Shown here: one piece after another, positions 54,286 to 64,000 of the stretch
Numbering within the stretch: position 1 is the stretch's first letter
Layout of the letters: each line of letters begins with the position of its first letter
The notes under the pieces: generated by a model
The model's input: the letters and a program-made list of their open reading frames with translations, nothing else
Database searches by the model: none
Told to the model about the DNA's origin: nothing
Made by a program: the position numbers and the translations under genes
From: Terracidiphilus sp.
GTDB lineage: Bacteria > Acidobacteriota > Terriglobia > Terriglobales > Acidobacteriaceae
Assembly (NCBI GenBank): GCA_050010735.1
Contig: JBEKKL010000011.1
Span: 13,894-77,893 of the forward strand
DNA length: 64,000 nucleotides
Direction: 5' to 3'

Positions 54286-57200
54286 GTGAAAAACATCTAT
54301 TTTGGTGAGATCGCCCCGTCAATCTCGGCGGTGCGAAGTGTGGCCACATCCCCGGTGGCCGTCCTCATCTGCATATTTGCCTTCCAGTTGGCGAGCGGCC
54401 AAGGCAACACCGGCCGAATCCTCGGAACCATCACCGACTCTACGGGAGCAGCTGTCGCCGGAGCCTCAATCTCGGTGACTGACGAGCAGCGGGGAACCTC
54501 GCATTCCCTCGTCACAACACAGGCGGGCGAGTATGTCGCCCCAAATCTGACGCCCGGCAAGTATAAGGTCCGGGTTGAAGCCAGGGGTTTCAAGAGCGCC
54601 GAGCGCGCCGACATTGAAGTGGCAGTCGCATCCGACTCCGAGATCGACTTTTCCCTTCAGACCGGGGAGGCCACGGAGGTCGTCGTCGTCACCGAACAGG
54701 AACCTCTCATCGACACCACCTCTTCAACACTCGGTGGAACGCTAAACAACGAAGAGATAGAGGAGCTTCCTCTGAACGGCCGCAACTACGAGAATCTGCT
54801 GCAGCTGCGTCCGGGAGTAGTGCGTTATCCGGGCGGGGGATTCTCGACGACCAGCACCAACGGATTGCGCGCCGAAGACAATGCCTATATCGTCGATGGC
54901 CTCTTCAACAGCGAGCCCTTCTCTGGCCAGAGCATCATCAACGGAGCGGGAATTGCCGGCGACTCCGCAACCATTCTCCCGGTGGATGCTATCGAGGAGT
55001 TTCATCTGATTGAGAACCCTCCTGCGGACTATGGCTGGAAGCCCGGCGCCATAGTCAACGTGGCGCTCAAATCTGGCACCAACTCGCTCCACGGTACAGC
55101 CTATGCATTTGGCCGCGACACACCGATGGACGCGCGCAACTACTTCAACACAGTTGCCTCGGGACCCAAGAACCCGCGCAACCTGGAGCAGTTTGGCGGC
55201 ACAGCCGGAGGACCCATCCGCAAGGACCGCATGTTTTTCTTTGGCGGATACGAAGGCCAGCGCTACTCGGTGGATAGCATTAGCGCACTGACGACGCCTG
55301 CGACGGTGTCGCTGGCCAGCCTCGTACAGGGCGGCGATCCGGCCAACAGCGTGCCAGACGCGATCGCTGGAGTAATCGCGGCAGGAATCACTCCCAGCGC
55401 GCCGAGTCTAAAGATTGCCGGCTGCGCCCTCGGGCCGCCGATTTCCTGCGATGGCAGCGGCTTCCCGACAAACAACGCCACCGACCCGGCAAACCCGACG
55501 ACAATCAACTTCGGGTTGCCCAACGACGTAAGCAGCGACAACGCGGTGGCCAAGATCGATTATCAGTTCAACCAGAACAACAGCTTGAATGGGATGTATT
55601 TCTTCGGCAACAATAACGGCACCGTCTCGGATGCAAACCAGCTACAGACGAAGTGGCTCACGCTGATCCACACCCGCGCGCAGGTCGCCGGGGTTACATG
55701 GACCTCGATCCTCACGACGCGCCTCGCGAATGAAGCGCGCTTCGGTTATAACACGCTCTATCAGCCGACGTACGTGAACGATCACGGCGCGACGGCAGCC
55801 TCGGCCTATGGCCTCAACACCGGCATCACCAATCCCTTGTATGGCGGCCTGCCGCGCATCAACATCGCTCCCTTCTACATCTTTCCGCAGGAGCTGGGTG
55901 GTTTCAACTGGCCAAAGGTACAGGGGCCGGACACTCGCTTCCAGTTCATCGATCACGTTTCTTACACCGTCGGCAAGCACGCTCTGAGGTTCGGCGGGGA
56001 ACTGCATCACGATAGCTTCTCGGGTGGTGCCTACGGAGGCGCGCGGGGGCGCATCAAGTTTGGCTTCGGAACCGACGCATTTCCCAACGCAACTTCACTC
56101 GAGGATTTCTTTGCGGGAGTTCCCACATCGGCCAGCCAGCTCGTCGGCGATCCCACGCGGCATATTCACAACTGGGGTGTTGCGGCGTTCGTTCAAGACG
56201 ACTGGCTCGCGGTCAAGAACCTCACTATCAATCTGGGCCTCCGTTACGAGATGAATACGGTGGTGAAAGATGCACACAACCTGCTGGGAAACTTCGATCC
56301 CAAGCGCGGACTTGTGCAAGTGGGCCAGGGAATCAGCTCTCCTTACAATGGCGACCACACCGGTTTTGCTCCGCGCCTGGGCTTTGCCTGGGACATCTTC
56401 GGCAACGACAGAACAGTGTTGCGCGGCGGCGCCTCGCTGATCTATGAGACGCTGAATTGGGAGTCATTCCTGGCGCTCAATAACTCGCTCGGCATCAGCA
56501 CCATTCCCACCGGAGCACTTGGTGTGGGTCCAGGCGGATCGGCCGGGACGGGGTCGATCGCTGTGGGCACGGTCAATTTCTCTGGATCCGACTTGAATTG
56601 GAATGCAGGCTACAACTCTGGACCAGCGACCGTCTTCCCGACCGGCACCATCGACTGCGGGGCCAACCCGTGCAGCATCCTGGGAATGGTGCAGAACCTG
56701 CGCACACCTGAGGTCTTCAGTTGGAATCTGAATGTCCAACATGCCTTCACGACCAATCTCACACTTGAAGCTGCTTACGTCGGCTCGCACGGGTCAAAGC
56801 TGATTGGGATTCACGACATCAACCAGAACGTGCCGGCGCTCGACACACTTGGCGATGAACAGTCCGGCCGGCCCTTCAACGCTCAGTTCCCTTTCCTGAG
56901 CTTCATTTACCAAATGGGCAACATCTACAAATCTAACTACGACGGCCTGCAGCTGACTTTCAACGCGCGCAACTATCGCCACCTCAGCCTTGTCGCGGGT
57001 TATACCTATTCGCATGCACTGGATGGCGTGGGCGCAAACTGGGACTTTGGCGCGGGCCTCGGCATTCCGCAGGACAGCGTCAATCCGCAGCGCGAGTACG
57101 CGAGCAGCGATTACGATATGCGGCAGCGCTTCACCCTCTCTCCCACTTACAGCCTTCCGGGAAAACGAGGGCTCTTCCAGATGATGGAAGGCTGGCAGGT

Positions 57201-57804
57201 GACCTCGATCGTCAGTCTTTATGGCGCGCAACCCTGGGGGCCGATGGATGCAGGAAACGACCTGAGCCACACCGGAGAAGCCACCGATCGCTGGGACTTT
57301 TTCGGCAAGCCCTCGGACTTCAAATCGGGCGCCAATCCAACCAACTATCTGGCGGGTGACGGGAACTTCGACACAGCTGCAAGTCCAGCAGAGAGCGATC
57401 CCATCTGCCGAGCGCATGCCAGGGATCTGACCTCACTCAACTTTGCGGGCTGTTACAAGGTCAACAACTCGGTGATGACTCCTCCTGCTCCCGGAACATT
57501 TGGGCTGATGGGCCGGAATCTCTTCCGTGACGCAGGCTTCAAGAATTGGGATTTCTCACTCGACAAATCCTGGAAGTGGCGTGAACGCTACTCGGCACAG
57601 TTACGTGGAGAGCTCTTCAACATCATCAATCACCCCAACTTTGCGAATCCCTACGGAGGCCAAAACGGCTGGGCCCACAACGATCCGTCGGCAATCGGCA
57701 GCTTCGGCTGCGGATGCGCAACGCCTGATGTTGCTGCTTCCAATCCAGTGATTGGCTCGGGCAGCAATCGCGCCGTGCAGCTGGGCCTCAAACTCGCGTT
57801 CTAA
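54286..57804 (+). CDS. TonB-dependent receptor-like outer membrane protein with an N-terminal carboxypeptidase-regulatory-like domain
   Basis: GTG start. GRILGTITDSTGAAVAGASISV...GKYKVRVEARGF (CarboxypepD_reg), plug-like LNGRNYENLLQLRPGV, C-terminal ...LGLKLAF. Confidence 0.85.
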   Translation: MKNIYFGEIAPSISAVRSVATSPVAVLICIFAFQLASGQGNTGRILGTITDSTGAAVAGASISVTDEQRGTSHSLVTTQAGEYVAPNLTPGKYKVRVEARGFKSAERADIEVAVASDSEIDFSLQTGEATEVVVVTEQEPLIDTTSSTLGGTLNNEEIEELPLNGRNYENLLQLRPGVVRYPGGGFSTTSTNGLRAEDNAYIVDGLFNSEPFSGQSIINGAGIAGDSATILPVDAIEEFHLIENPPADYGWKPGAIVNVALKSGTNSLHGTAYAFGRDTPMDARNYFNTVASGPKNPRNLEQFGGTAGGPIRKDRMFFFGGYEGQRYSVDSISALTTPATVSLASLVQGGDPANSVPDAIAGVIAAGITPSAPSLKIAGCALGPPISCDGSGFPTNNATDPANPTTINFGLPNDVSSDNAVAKIDYQFNQNNSLNGMYFFGNNNGTVSDANQLQTKWLTLIHTRAQVAGVTWTSILTTRLANEARFGYNTLYQPTYVNDHGATAASAYGLNTGITNPLYGGLPRINIAPFYIFPQELGGFNWPKVQGPDTRFQFIDHVSYTVGKHALRFGGELHHDSFSGGAYGGARGRIKFGFGTDAFPNATSLEDFFAGVPTSASQLVGDPTRHIHNWGVAAFVQDDWLAVKNLTINLGLRYEMNTVVKDAHNLLGNFDPKRGLVQVGQGISSPYNGDHTGFAPRLGFAWDIFGNDRTVLRGGASLIYETLNWESFLALNNSLGISTIPTGALGVGPGGSAGTGSIAVGTVNFSGSDLNWNAGYNSGPATVFPTGTIDCGANPCSILGMVQNLRTPEVFSWNLNVQHAFTTNLTLEAAYVGSHGSKLIGIHDINQNVPALDTLGDEQSGRPFNAQFPFLSFIYQMGNIYKSNYDGLQLTFNARNYRHLSLVAGYTYSHALDGVGANWDFGAGLGIPQDSVNPQREYASSDYDMRQRFTLSPTYSLPGKRGLFQMMEGWQVTSIVSLYGAQPWGPMDAGNDLSHTGEATDRWDFFGKPSDFKSGANPTNYLAGDGNFDTAASPAESDPICRAHARDLTSLNFAGCYKVNNSVMTPPAPGTFGLMGRNLFRDAGFKNWDFSLDKSWKWRERYSAQLRGELFNIINHPNFANPYGGQNGWAHNDPSAIGSFGCGCATPDVAASNPVIGSGSNRAVQLGLKLAF

Positions 57805-57853
57805 AAGCTGTTGATCATTGCCCGCCTCACTCTTTGACCACGAGGAGATCCCG

Positions 57854-59137
57854 TTGAATTCTCATCCTCTTTCAATTCGTAGACGAGCTGCGGCACCACT
57901 CCACAAAACGATTGCCGTTAATGCCGTATCTCTCCTCGTCGCGGGAGTTGTCATGATCCCGCTGCACGGCCACGCCCAGGAACAGAGGGAAAGAACCATC
58001 GATGAAATCAAGGTCGAGGCAATTCACCGCGCCGAGGTGGGTGGGTACCCACTCATTGGGCTCGATCCGAATGATGTGCGTGAAGCCTTCCAATCCATCC
58101 ACACCCGCGACAAGGACGAGTGGGCCGAGGGTTTCATGGGAGTTGCAGGGCGCTACATGGCGGAGGGCAGAGCTCTGGAAACGACCGACTCCAAGAAGGC
58201 AGACGCCGACTTTGTGCGTGCCTGGCACCTCTACTCCTTCGGGCGCTGGCCCGCTGAGTCCTCCTCGCCAAAGAAGAAGATCTCCTACGGCAAGGCCATT
58301 GATGCATTCCTCGCTCATGCACGCTTCATGGACCCGCCGCTTGAGGTAGTCCATATTCCGTTCGAGGGCAAGGAAATCATTGGCTACATGCGGCTGCCCA
58401 AGGGAGCAACCGGACCAGTGCCAATGGTGATTGCGGTGAATGGGCTGGACAGCCGCAAGGAAGATCTGACCGAGAGCTTCTCGGCGATCCTTCCCTACGG
58501 CGTTGGCTATCTAGCCGTCGATGGTCCAGGGACTGGCCAATCGCCTATCAAGGCCAGCCCGAACGCCGAACGCATGCTAACCAAGGTCCTCGATTATCTG
58601 GGCACGCGGTCAGAGGTCGACAAAACGCGAATCGCAATGCACGGCGTGAGTTGGGGAGCATATTGGGGAACCAAGATGGCAATTCTCGAAAAGGCCAGGC
58701 TCAAAGGTGTCAGCGTACAGTCGCCGCCAACCGACCTTTTCTTCCAAAAGAATTTTGTATTGAACTCGCTGCTTGGCAACCGCGAGTATCTCTTCGATCA
58801 GATCCCCGCGATCATGGCAATCTTCGACAACGTTAACTCCCTCGACGAAGTTGTCGACGAGTTCCAGAGGATGTCGCTCGTGAATCAGCATCTGCTTGGC
58901 CGACCGACGGCGCCGATGCTCGTGCTTGCCGGCACACACGACACACAGGTGCCGATCTCCGACATCTATGAATTGCTGAACAGCGGAGACGTTCCTAAGG
59001 ATGCATGGATCAATCCGCAAGGTGGTCATCTCGGCCGTCAGGTTGGAGTGTGGCCCGATCCGCGCATCTTCAAAGAAGTGATTCTTCCCTGGCTCGCCAG
59101 AAATCTGGAAGCCAAGCCATTGGATGAGACGCGCTGA
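57854..59137 (+). CDS. secreted alpha/beta hydrolase (FrsA/DUF1100-like)
   Basis: TTG at 57854, 6 nt after GAGGAG. N-terminal SIRRRAAAPL plus a hydrophobic segment. Nucleophile elbow HGVSWG. Confidence 0.7.
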   Translation: MNSHPLSIRRRAAAPLHKTIAVNAVSLLVAGVVMIPLHGHAQEQRERTIDEIKVEAIHRAEVGGYPLIGLDPNDVREAFQSIHTRDKDEWAEGFMGVAGRYMAEGRALETTDSKKADADFVRAWHLYSFGRWPAESSSPKKKISYGKAIDAFLAHARFMDPPLEVVHIPFEGKEIIGYMRLPKGATGPVPMVIAVNGLDSRKEDLTESFSAILPYGVGYLAVDGPGTGQSPIKASPNAERMLTKVLDYLGTRSEVDKTRIAMHGVSWGAYWGTKMAILEKARLKGVSVQSPPTDLFFQKNFVLNSLLGNREYLFDQIPAIMAIFDNVNSLDEVVDEFQRMSLVNQHLLGRPTAPMLVLAGTHDTQVPISDIYELLNSGDVPKDAWINPQGGHLGRQVGVWPDPRIFKEVILPWLARNLEAKPLDETR

Positions 59138-59165
59138 GTGTCTTTGATGTTGAGAAGGAGAATCT

Positions 59166-59591
59166 ATGTTGAAGTATCTTGTTAGCGCCGCTGTTGCGAC
59201 GGCAATTGCGATCAGTTTCGGTTACGCGCAATCCAGTTCCCAAGTAACGATTCCGGTCAAGAAGACCGAGGCTGCCAGCGGTAAGCAGATGTTCATGAGT
59301 TATTGCGCACCCTGTCATGGAACTGGCGCCAGAGGGGATGGCCCGGTTGCCGCCTCATTGAAGACGCCCCCATTCGATTTAACGACTTTGAGCAAGAAGC
59401 ATGGCGGGCAGTTTCCAGATAAGCACGTTCTTGCGGTGCTGCAATTTGGCGTTGATGTTCCATCTCATGGCTCGACCGCGATGCCGGTATGGGGGCCGGT
59501 TCTGGGCAGCATGAGCAAGACCAACTCCCTGGACAGGCAGATTAGGATCAATAATCTCGTGGATTACCTGAAGTCTATTCAAGTGAAGTAG
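59166..59591 (+). CDS. class I c-type cytochrome (monohaem)
   Basis: Signal peptide, CAPCHG haem-binding motif, distal MPVWG Met. Confidence 0.85.
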   Translation: MLKYLVSAAVATAIAISFGYAQSSSQVTIPVKKTEAASGKQMFMSYCAPCHGTGARGDGPVAASLKTPPFDLTTLSKKHGGQFPDKHVLAVLQFGVDVPSHGSTAMPVWGPVLGSMSKTNSLDRQIRINNLVDYLKSIQVK

Positions 59592-59730
59592 GAATCGCGT
59601 CTCGCGAATCAGAAGGTTGCGCCGGCAGACCCGCGATGGCTGGTAGGGCCAAGTTGGATGTAACCGGCGTCCTCGTCGAGGGTTGCCAAAGAAGACGCCG
59701 GTTAACAGCTACGGACAGAGTAGAGCCAAG

Positions 59731-60753
59731 CTAGACAGTCAGCGTCTGCAACTGCTCCTTCATCGCATGCTCGACCGCGACGGCAACCGCGACCGACGCG
59801 CCGACCATCGGGTTATTTCCCATGCCAATCAGGCCCATCATCTCGACGTGCGCCGGAACCGATGAGGAACCGGCGAATTGCGCGTCGGAGTGCATGCGCC
59901 CCATGGTGTCGGTCATGCCATAAGAGGCCGGACCGGCCGCCATGTTGTCGGGATGCAATGTGCGTCCCGTGCCGCCGCCGGAGGCTACCGAGAAGAACTT
60001 CTTCCCCTCAAGCAGCCGCTCCTTTTTGTAAACCGCCATCACCGGATGCTGGAAGCGCGTTGGGTTAGTCGAGTTGCCGGTGATGGCGACATCGACGCGC
60101 TCCAGATGCATGATGGCCACGCCTTCGCGCACATCGTCTGCGCCATAGCAGCGCACTGCCGCGCGCTCGCCGGTCGAATATGCCTTTTCGCGAACGATCT
60201 TCAGTTTGCCTGTCGCATAGTCGAATTCAGTCTGCACGTAAGTGAATCCATTGACGCGCGAGATGATCAGCGCGGCATCCTTGCCCAATCCATTGAGAAC
60301 GACCCGCAGCGGAGTCTTGCGCGCATTATTCGCCGAGCGGGCAAGGCCAATGGCGCCTTCGGCGGCGGCAAAGGACTCGTGACCTGCGCAAAATGCGAAG
60401 CAGCCGGTCTCTTCGCGCAGCAGCATTGCGGCAAGATTCCCGTGGCCGATGCCGACCTTACGGTCATCGGCGACCGAACCCGGAATGCAGAAGGCCTGCA
60501 GGCCGGTACCAAGCGTCTCGGCGATCTCTGCGGCGACGGTCTGGTTCTTCTTGATGGCGACAGCTGCGCCGATCAGATAGGCCCAGCCCGCGTTTTCAAA
60601 GGCGATCGGCTGGATCGACTTCACAATCTTGCGCACGTCGACGTTCTTATCGAGACAGATCTTCTCAGCCTTTTCAAGCGACTCGATCCCGGCATCGGCG
60701 AGATAGGAGTCGATCTGCGCAATCCTTCTTTCGTACCCTTCAAACAAAGCCAT
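59731..60753 (-). CDS. GGGtGRT-family protein (conserved, uncharacterised)
   Basis: Contains the family-defining motif SGGGTGRT within FFSVASGGGTGRTLHPDN. About 340 aa, as is typical. Confidence 0.8.
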   Translation of the reverse strand: MALFEGYERRIAQIDSYLADAGIESLEKAEKICLDKNVDVRKIVKSIQPIAFENAGWAYLIGAAVAIKKNQTVAAEIAETLGTGLQAFCIPGSVADDRKVGIGHGNLAAMLLREETGCFAFCAGHESFAAAEGAIGLARSANNARKTPLRVVLNGLGKDAALIISRVNGFTYVQTEFDYATGKLKIVREKAYSTGERAAVRCYGADDVREGVAIMHLERVDVAITGNSTNPTRFQHPVMAVYKKERLLEGKKFFSVASGGGTGRTLHPDNMAAGPASYGMTDTMGRMHSDAQFAGSSSVPAHVEMMGLIGMGNNPMVGASVAVAVAVEHAMKEQLQTLTV

Positions 60754-60763
60754 GATCTTCTCC

Positions 60764-61453
60764 TTATTCCTTGCGGGGGTTGATGGTTTTCACGGCATCG
60801 GCGAAGCGGCCATAAGTGCCAGTAGCCTTGGTGAGCGCGGTCTGTGCATCCACTCCCTTGGCGATCGAGTCCATCATGGGTCCAAGCTTGACGAACTTGT
60901 ATCCGATGATCTCGTTATCCGCATCGAGTGCGAGTTCGGTGACGTAGCCCTCGGCCAGTTGAAGATAGCGAGCGCCCTTTTCGCTGGTGCCGTACATCGT
61001 TCCGGTGACGCTGCACAAGCCCTTGCCCAGATCCTCAAGGCCCGCGCCAATGGGCAGCCCGCCCTCTGAAAACGCAGTCTGGCTGCGGCCGTACACGATC
61101 TGCAAGAAGAGTTCGCGCATCGCGACGTTGATCGCATCGCAGACCAGGTCGGTGTTCAGTGCTTCAAGGATCGTCTTGCCGGGGAGAATCTCAGCGGCCA
61201 TCGCGGCGGAGTGGGTCATACCAGTGCAGCCGATGGTTTCGACGAGCGCTTCCTCGATGAAGCCGTTCTTGACGTTCAAGGTGAGCTTGCAGGCGCCCTG
61301 TTGCGGAGCGCACCAGCCGACCCCGTGGGTCAAGCCGGAGATGTCGCTCACCTCTTTGGCCTTGGTCCAGCGGCCCTCTTGCGGAATCGGCGCCGGGCCA
61401 TGATTGGGACCCTTGGCGACCAGGCACATCTGTTCAATTTCATGGGTATGCAT
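60764..61453 (-). CDS. IscU/NifU-N-like iron-sulfur scaffold-like protein with a C-terminal extension
   Basis: Three Cys blocks align to IscU by eye: GWCAPQQGACKLTL, ETIGCTGMTHSAAM and DLVCDAINVA. The ~100-aa C-terminal region is not IscU-like. Confidence 0.6.
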   Translation of the reverse strand: MHTHEIEQMCLVAKGPNHGPAPIPQEGRWTKAKEVSDISGLTHGVGWCAPQQGACKLTLNVKNGFIEEALVETIGCTGMTHSAAMAAEILPGKTILEALNTDLVCDAINVAMRELFLQIVYGRSQTAFSEGGLPIGAGLEDLGKGLCSVTGTMYGTSEKGARYLQLAEGYVTELALDADNEIIGYKFVKLGPMMDSIAKGVDAQTALTKATGTYGRFADAVKTINPRKE

Positions 61454-61567
61454 CGGGAGTTGCGCTCCTTATATTCGGTTGGTTTAAGGCAAGCCCCACA
61501 TCCTCTTCCATTTGGCGTTATGACGCCAGAGGTCTAGCGGGCAGAGTGTCTTAGGCAAATTGTTTTG

Positions 61568-61573
61568 ATTATA
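61568..61573 (-). promoter_or_regulatory. perfect TATAAT -10 hexamer (minus sense) upstream of the IscU-like/GGGtGRT pair
   Basis: attata on the plus strand is TATAAT in minus sense, about 115 nt upstream of the ATG at 61453. No good -35 element is seen. Confidence 0.25.
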
Positions 61574-61673
61574 GATCTGTTTAATCTAACGGATTGTGAC
61601 CGCCGTCGCAGGGGAATCAAGGCGAACGAGTATCTCTTTCCGTCTCATTACGCCGTGCAATGCTGCGGTCTAC

Positions 61674-63524
61674 CTACTCCTGGATTTGAGCGAGGCTTCT
61701 CACCGCGCCGCGAGAGGCGCTCGTGGTCATCGCCGCATAGGCTTGGAGGGCCTTGGAGACCTGACGGTTTCGGGCGGCAGGTTTCCATGCGGCCGCGCTC
61801 TTGGCTTTCATGGCATCGCGCCGGCGAGAAAGCTCCAATTCCGAGAGATCCACGCGAAGAATCCGCCTGGGAATATCGATCTCGATCCGGTCGCCCTCTT
61901 CTACCAGAGCCAGCGAGCCACCCTCGGCCGCTTCCGGTGAGATGTGACCGATGCAAAGGCCCGAGGAGCCGCCGGAGAAGCGGCCATCCGTAATAAGCGC
62001 GCAGACCTTGCCTAGTCCCTTCGACTTGAGATAGCTGGTCGGGTAGAGCATCTCCTGCATTCCCGGACCGCCTTTCGGTCCCTCATAGCGAATGAGCACG
62101 ACATCGCCGGGAATGACCTTGTCTTCCAGAATGCCCTCAACCGCCGTGTCCTGGCTCTCGAAGATGCGCGCCGGACCGGCAAAGGTCAGGTGACCGGGAT
62201 CGACGCCAGCGGTCTTCACAATGCAACCATCCTCGGCAATATTGCCGAAGAGCACCGCCAGCCCGCCATCTTTGCTAAAGGCGTGCGCCTTGTCGCGAAT
62301 CACGCCCGAAGCGCGATTCAGGTCCAGTTCGTCGAAACGCGCGCTCTGGCTAAACGCCTCCGTCGTGCGCACGCCACCCGGCGCAGCGCGATAGAACTCC
62401 GCGACTGTCGCCGCCACTCCGTTCATTACGTCCAGTTTGTCGATGGCCGCGCCCATCGTCTCAGCATGGACCGTGTGCGCCGACCGATGAATCAGCCCCG
62501 CACGATTGAGTTCGGCGAGGATGGCAAAGATTCCTCCGGCACGATGTACATCCTCCAAATGCACTTCAGCCGCGGAGGGAGCCACCTTGCATAGATGCGG
62601 GACGCGGCGCGAAAGCCGGTCGATGTCGGCCATGGTGAAGGGCACCTCGCCCTCTTGCGCCGCGGCCAGCAGGTGCAGAACGGTGTTTGTCGAGCCGCCC
62701 ATCGCAATATCGAGCGTCATTGCATTCTCAAAGGCCTCGAAGGTCGCAATGCCGCGCGGGAGCGCTGTGGCGTCGCCCTCCTCGTAGTAACGCTTGGCTA
62801 GATCGACGATGGTCCTACCCGCCTGAAGAAATAGCTCTTTCCTGTCCGCATGTGTCGCCAGCATGGTTCCATTGCCGGGCAGCCCCAGGCCCAATGCTTC
62901 GACCAGGCAGTTCATTGAGTTGGCGGTAAACATACCGGAGCAGGAGCCGCAAGTGGGGCAGGCGGAGCGCTCGTACTCTTCCACCTCGGCGTCGGTCGCT
63001 TTCGGATCGGCCGCAAGAATCATGGCGTCGATCAGGTCCAGCGCTTTCACGCCGCTGCCGCGCTTGACTTTGCCAGCCTCCATCGGGCCGCCCGAGACAA
63101 AGACCACTGGTATATTCAACCGCAGCGAAGCCATCAGCATCCCCGGCGTGATCTTGTCACAGTTCGAGATGCAGACCAGCGCATCGGCGCAATGCGCATT
63201 GACCATGTACTCGACCGAGTCTGCAATCAGATCGCGCGAGGGCAGGCTGTAGAGCATTCCGTCGTGGCCCATCGCGATGCCGTCATCGATTGCGACGGTA
63301 TTGAACTCTTTTGCAACTCCACCCGCGCGTACTATCTCATCGGCGACAAGCTGCCCCAGGTCTTTCAGGTGAACGTGACCGGGGACGAACTGGGTGAAGG
63401 AGTTGGCAACGGCGATGATGGGCTTGCCAAAATCGCCGTCCTGCATTCCGGTGGCGCGCCAAAGGCTGCGTGCTCCAGCCATGTTGCGACCGTGGGTTGA
63501 AGTTCTGGACCGATAGGCGGGCAT
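61674..63524 (-). CDS. ilvD: dihydroxy-acid dehydratase
   Basis: [27 protein letters not shown]-terminus, CDKITPGM, full-length IlvD. Confidence 0.97.
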   Translation of the reverse strand: MPAYRSRTSTHGRNMAGARSLWRATGMQDGDFGKPIIAVANSFTQFVPGHVHLKDLGQLVADEIVRAGGVAKEFNTVAIDDGIAMGHDGMLYSLPSRDLIADSVEYMVNAHCADALVCISNCDKITPGMLMASLRLNIPVVFVSGGPMEAGKVKRGSGVKALDLIDAMILAADPKATDAEVEEYERSACPTCGSCSGMFTANSMNCLVEALGLGLPGNGTMLATHADRKELFLQAGRTIVDLAKRYYEEGDATALPRGIATFEAFENAMTLDIAMGGSTNTVLHLLAAAQEGEVPFTMADIDRLSRRVPHLCKVAPSAAEVHLEDVHRAGGIFAILAELNRAGLIHRSAHTVHAETMGAAIDKLDVMNGVAATVAEFYRAAPGGVRTTEAFSQSARFDELDLNRASGVIRDKAHAFSKDGGLAVLFGNIAEDGCIVKTAGVDPGHLTFAGPARIFESQDTAVEGILEDKVIPGDVVLIRYEGPKGGPGMQEMLYPTSYLKSKGLGKVCALITDGRFSGGSSGLCIGHISPEAAEGGSLALVEEGDRIEIDIPRRILRVDLSELELSRRRDAMKAKSAAAWKPAARNRQVSKALQAYAAMTTSASRGAVRSLAQIQE

Positions 63525-63697
63525 GACCGTATTTTACGCTTGAAGCTGACCGTGCCAAATCCATAACGCTGAGATGCAATCTGCACGATATCGACGGTTG
63601 CGAAGGAATATCGGCTCTTCTCCGGGAACCTGTTCTGGCGGGTGCCCGTGCGTCTGATCAAATCCATAAGCTTCTGCAACCGCTATACTAACCTCCA

Positions 63698-64000
63698 ATG
63701 ATTCCCATTGGTTCTCATCCGGCATGGCATCCGGTGCTGGAGACGCTGGCATACGCCTCCGGGTTCGCGGTCTTTCGATGGTTACGCGGGCAGCATGGCG
63801 ACGTAGTCGGCGAGCCGCAGCGCTGGACGGTGCTGGCCGCTGCGACAGTGGGTGCGCTGGTAGGGAGCAGGTTGCTGGGGATCGCCGAACAATGGCCCAC
63901 GGTGGTGGAGGCCTGGAGAAGTGGGAGGATTTTGGAGCTGCTACTCTCGCCGGGAGGAAAGACGATTGTCGGGGGCCTGTTGGGCGGCTGGCTGGGCGTA
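63698..64000 (+). CDS. partial membrane protein, prolipoprotein diacylglyceryl transferase (Lgt)-like, runs off the window
   Basis: ATG at 63698 opens a frame that stays open to 64000 (not in the ORF track because it has no stop). MIPIGSHPAWHPVLETLAYASGFAVF...GGKTIVGGLLGGWLGV resembles the Lgt-family N-terminus. Confidence 0.45.
   Translation, partial: MIPIGSHPAWHPVLETLAYASGFAVFRWLRGQHGDVVGEPQRWTVLAAATVGALVGSRLLGIAEQWPTVVEAWRSGRILELLLSPGGKTIVGGLLGGWLGV

Overview
GC-rich 64-kb chromosomal segment. Its gene content (a CarboxypepD_reg-type TonB-dependent receptor, an Acidobacteria-type VWA protein, several very large signal-peptide orphans) suggests Acidobacteriota/Terriglobia; this is inference, not a search result. 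I call 56 protein-coding genes, two of them cut by the window edges. I found no rRNA, tRNA, CRISPR array, transposase or integrase. Most of the window is housekeeping: dapB-PAP2-dapA, an F1Fo ATP synthase operon atpF'-F-H-A-G-D-C (a and c subunits are absent here), citrate synthase, ilvD, bshC, a cold-shock protein and a Nudix hydrolase. Accessory-looking blocks are: two small type II TA modules (HigB/HigA-like at the left edge, Phd-VapC at 11.7-12.3 kb); a six-gene cytoplasmic formate dehydrogenase operon (MOSC-mobA-fdhD-FdhA/ForC-like-DUF1641-OFA transporter); an acetoin/2-oxoacid dehydrogenase-like E1alpha-E1beta-M24-E2 cluster with a GntR regulator; a TonB receptor-hydrolase-cytochrome c cluster; and an IscU-like/GGGtGRT gene pair. 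I see no unambiguous new multi-gene system. The observations most worth following up are: (1) heptamer-phased inverted repeats, one with a G-quadruplex motif, in every internal spacer of the atp operon; (2) the translationally coupled IscU-like + GGGtGRT pair next to ilvD; (3) an M24 hydrolase with an Asp-to-Cys change in its metal site, sitting inside the E1/E2 operon; (4) an ATP synthase gamma subunit with a large insertion at the position of the chloroplast/cyanobacterial regulatory loop; (5) large secreted orphans of 1059 aa and 1315 aa. All family assignments come from motif recognition by eye, and none has been checked against a database.
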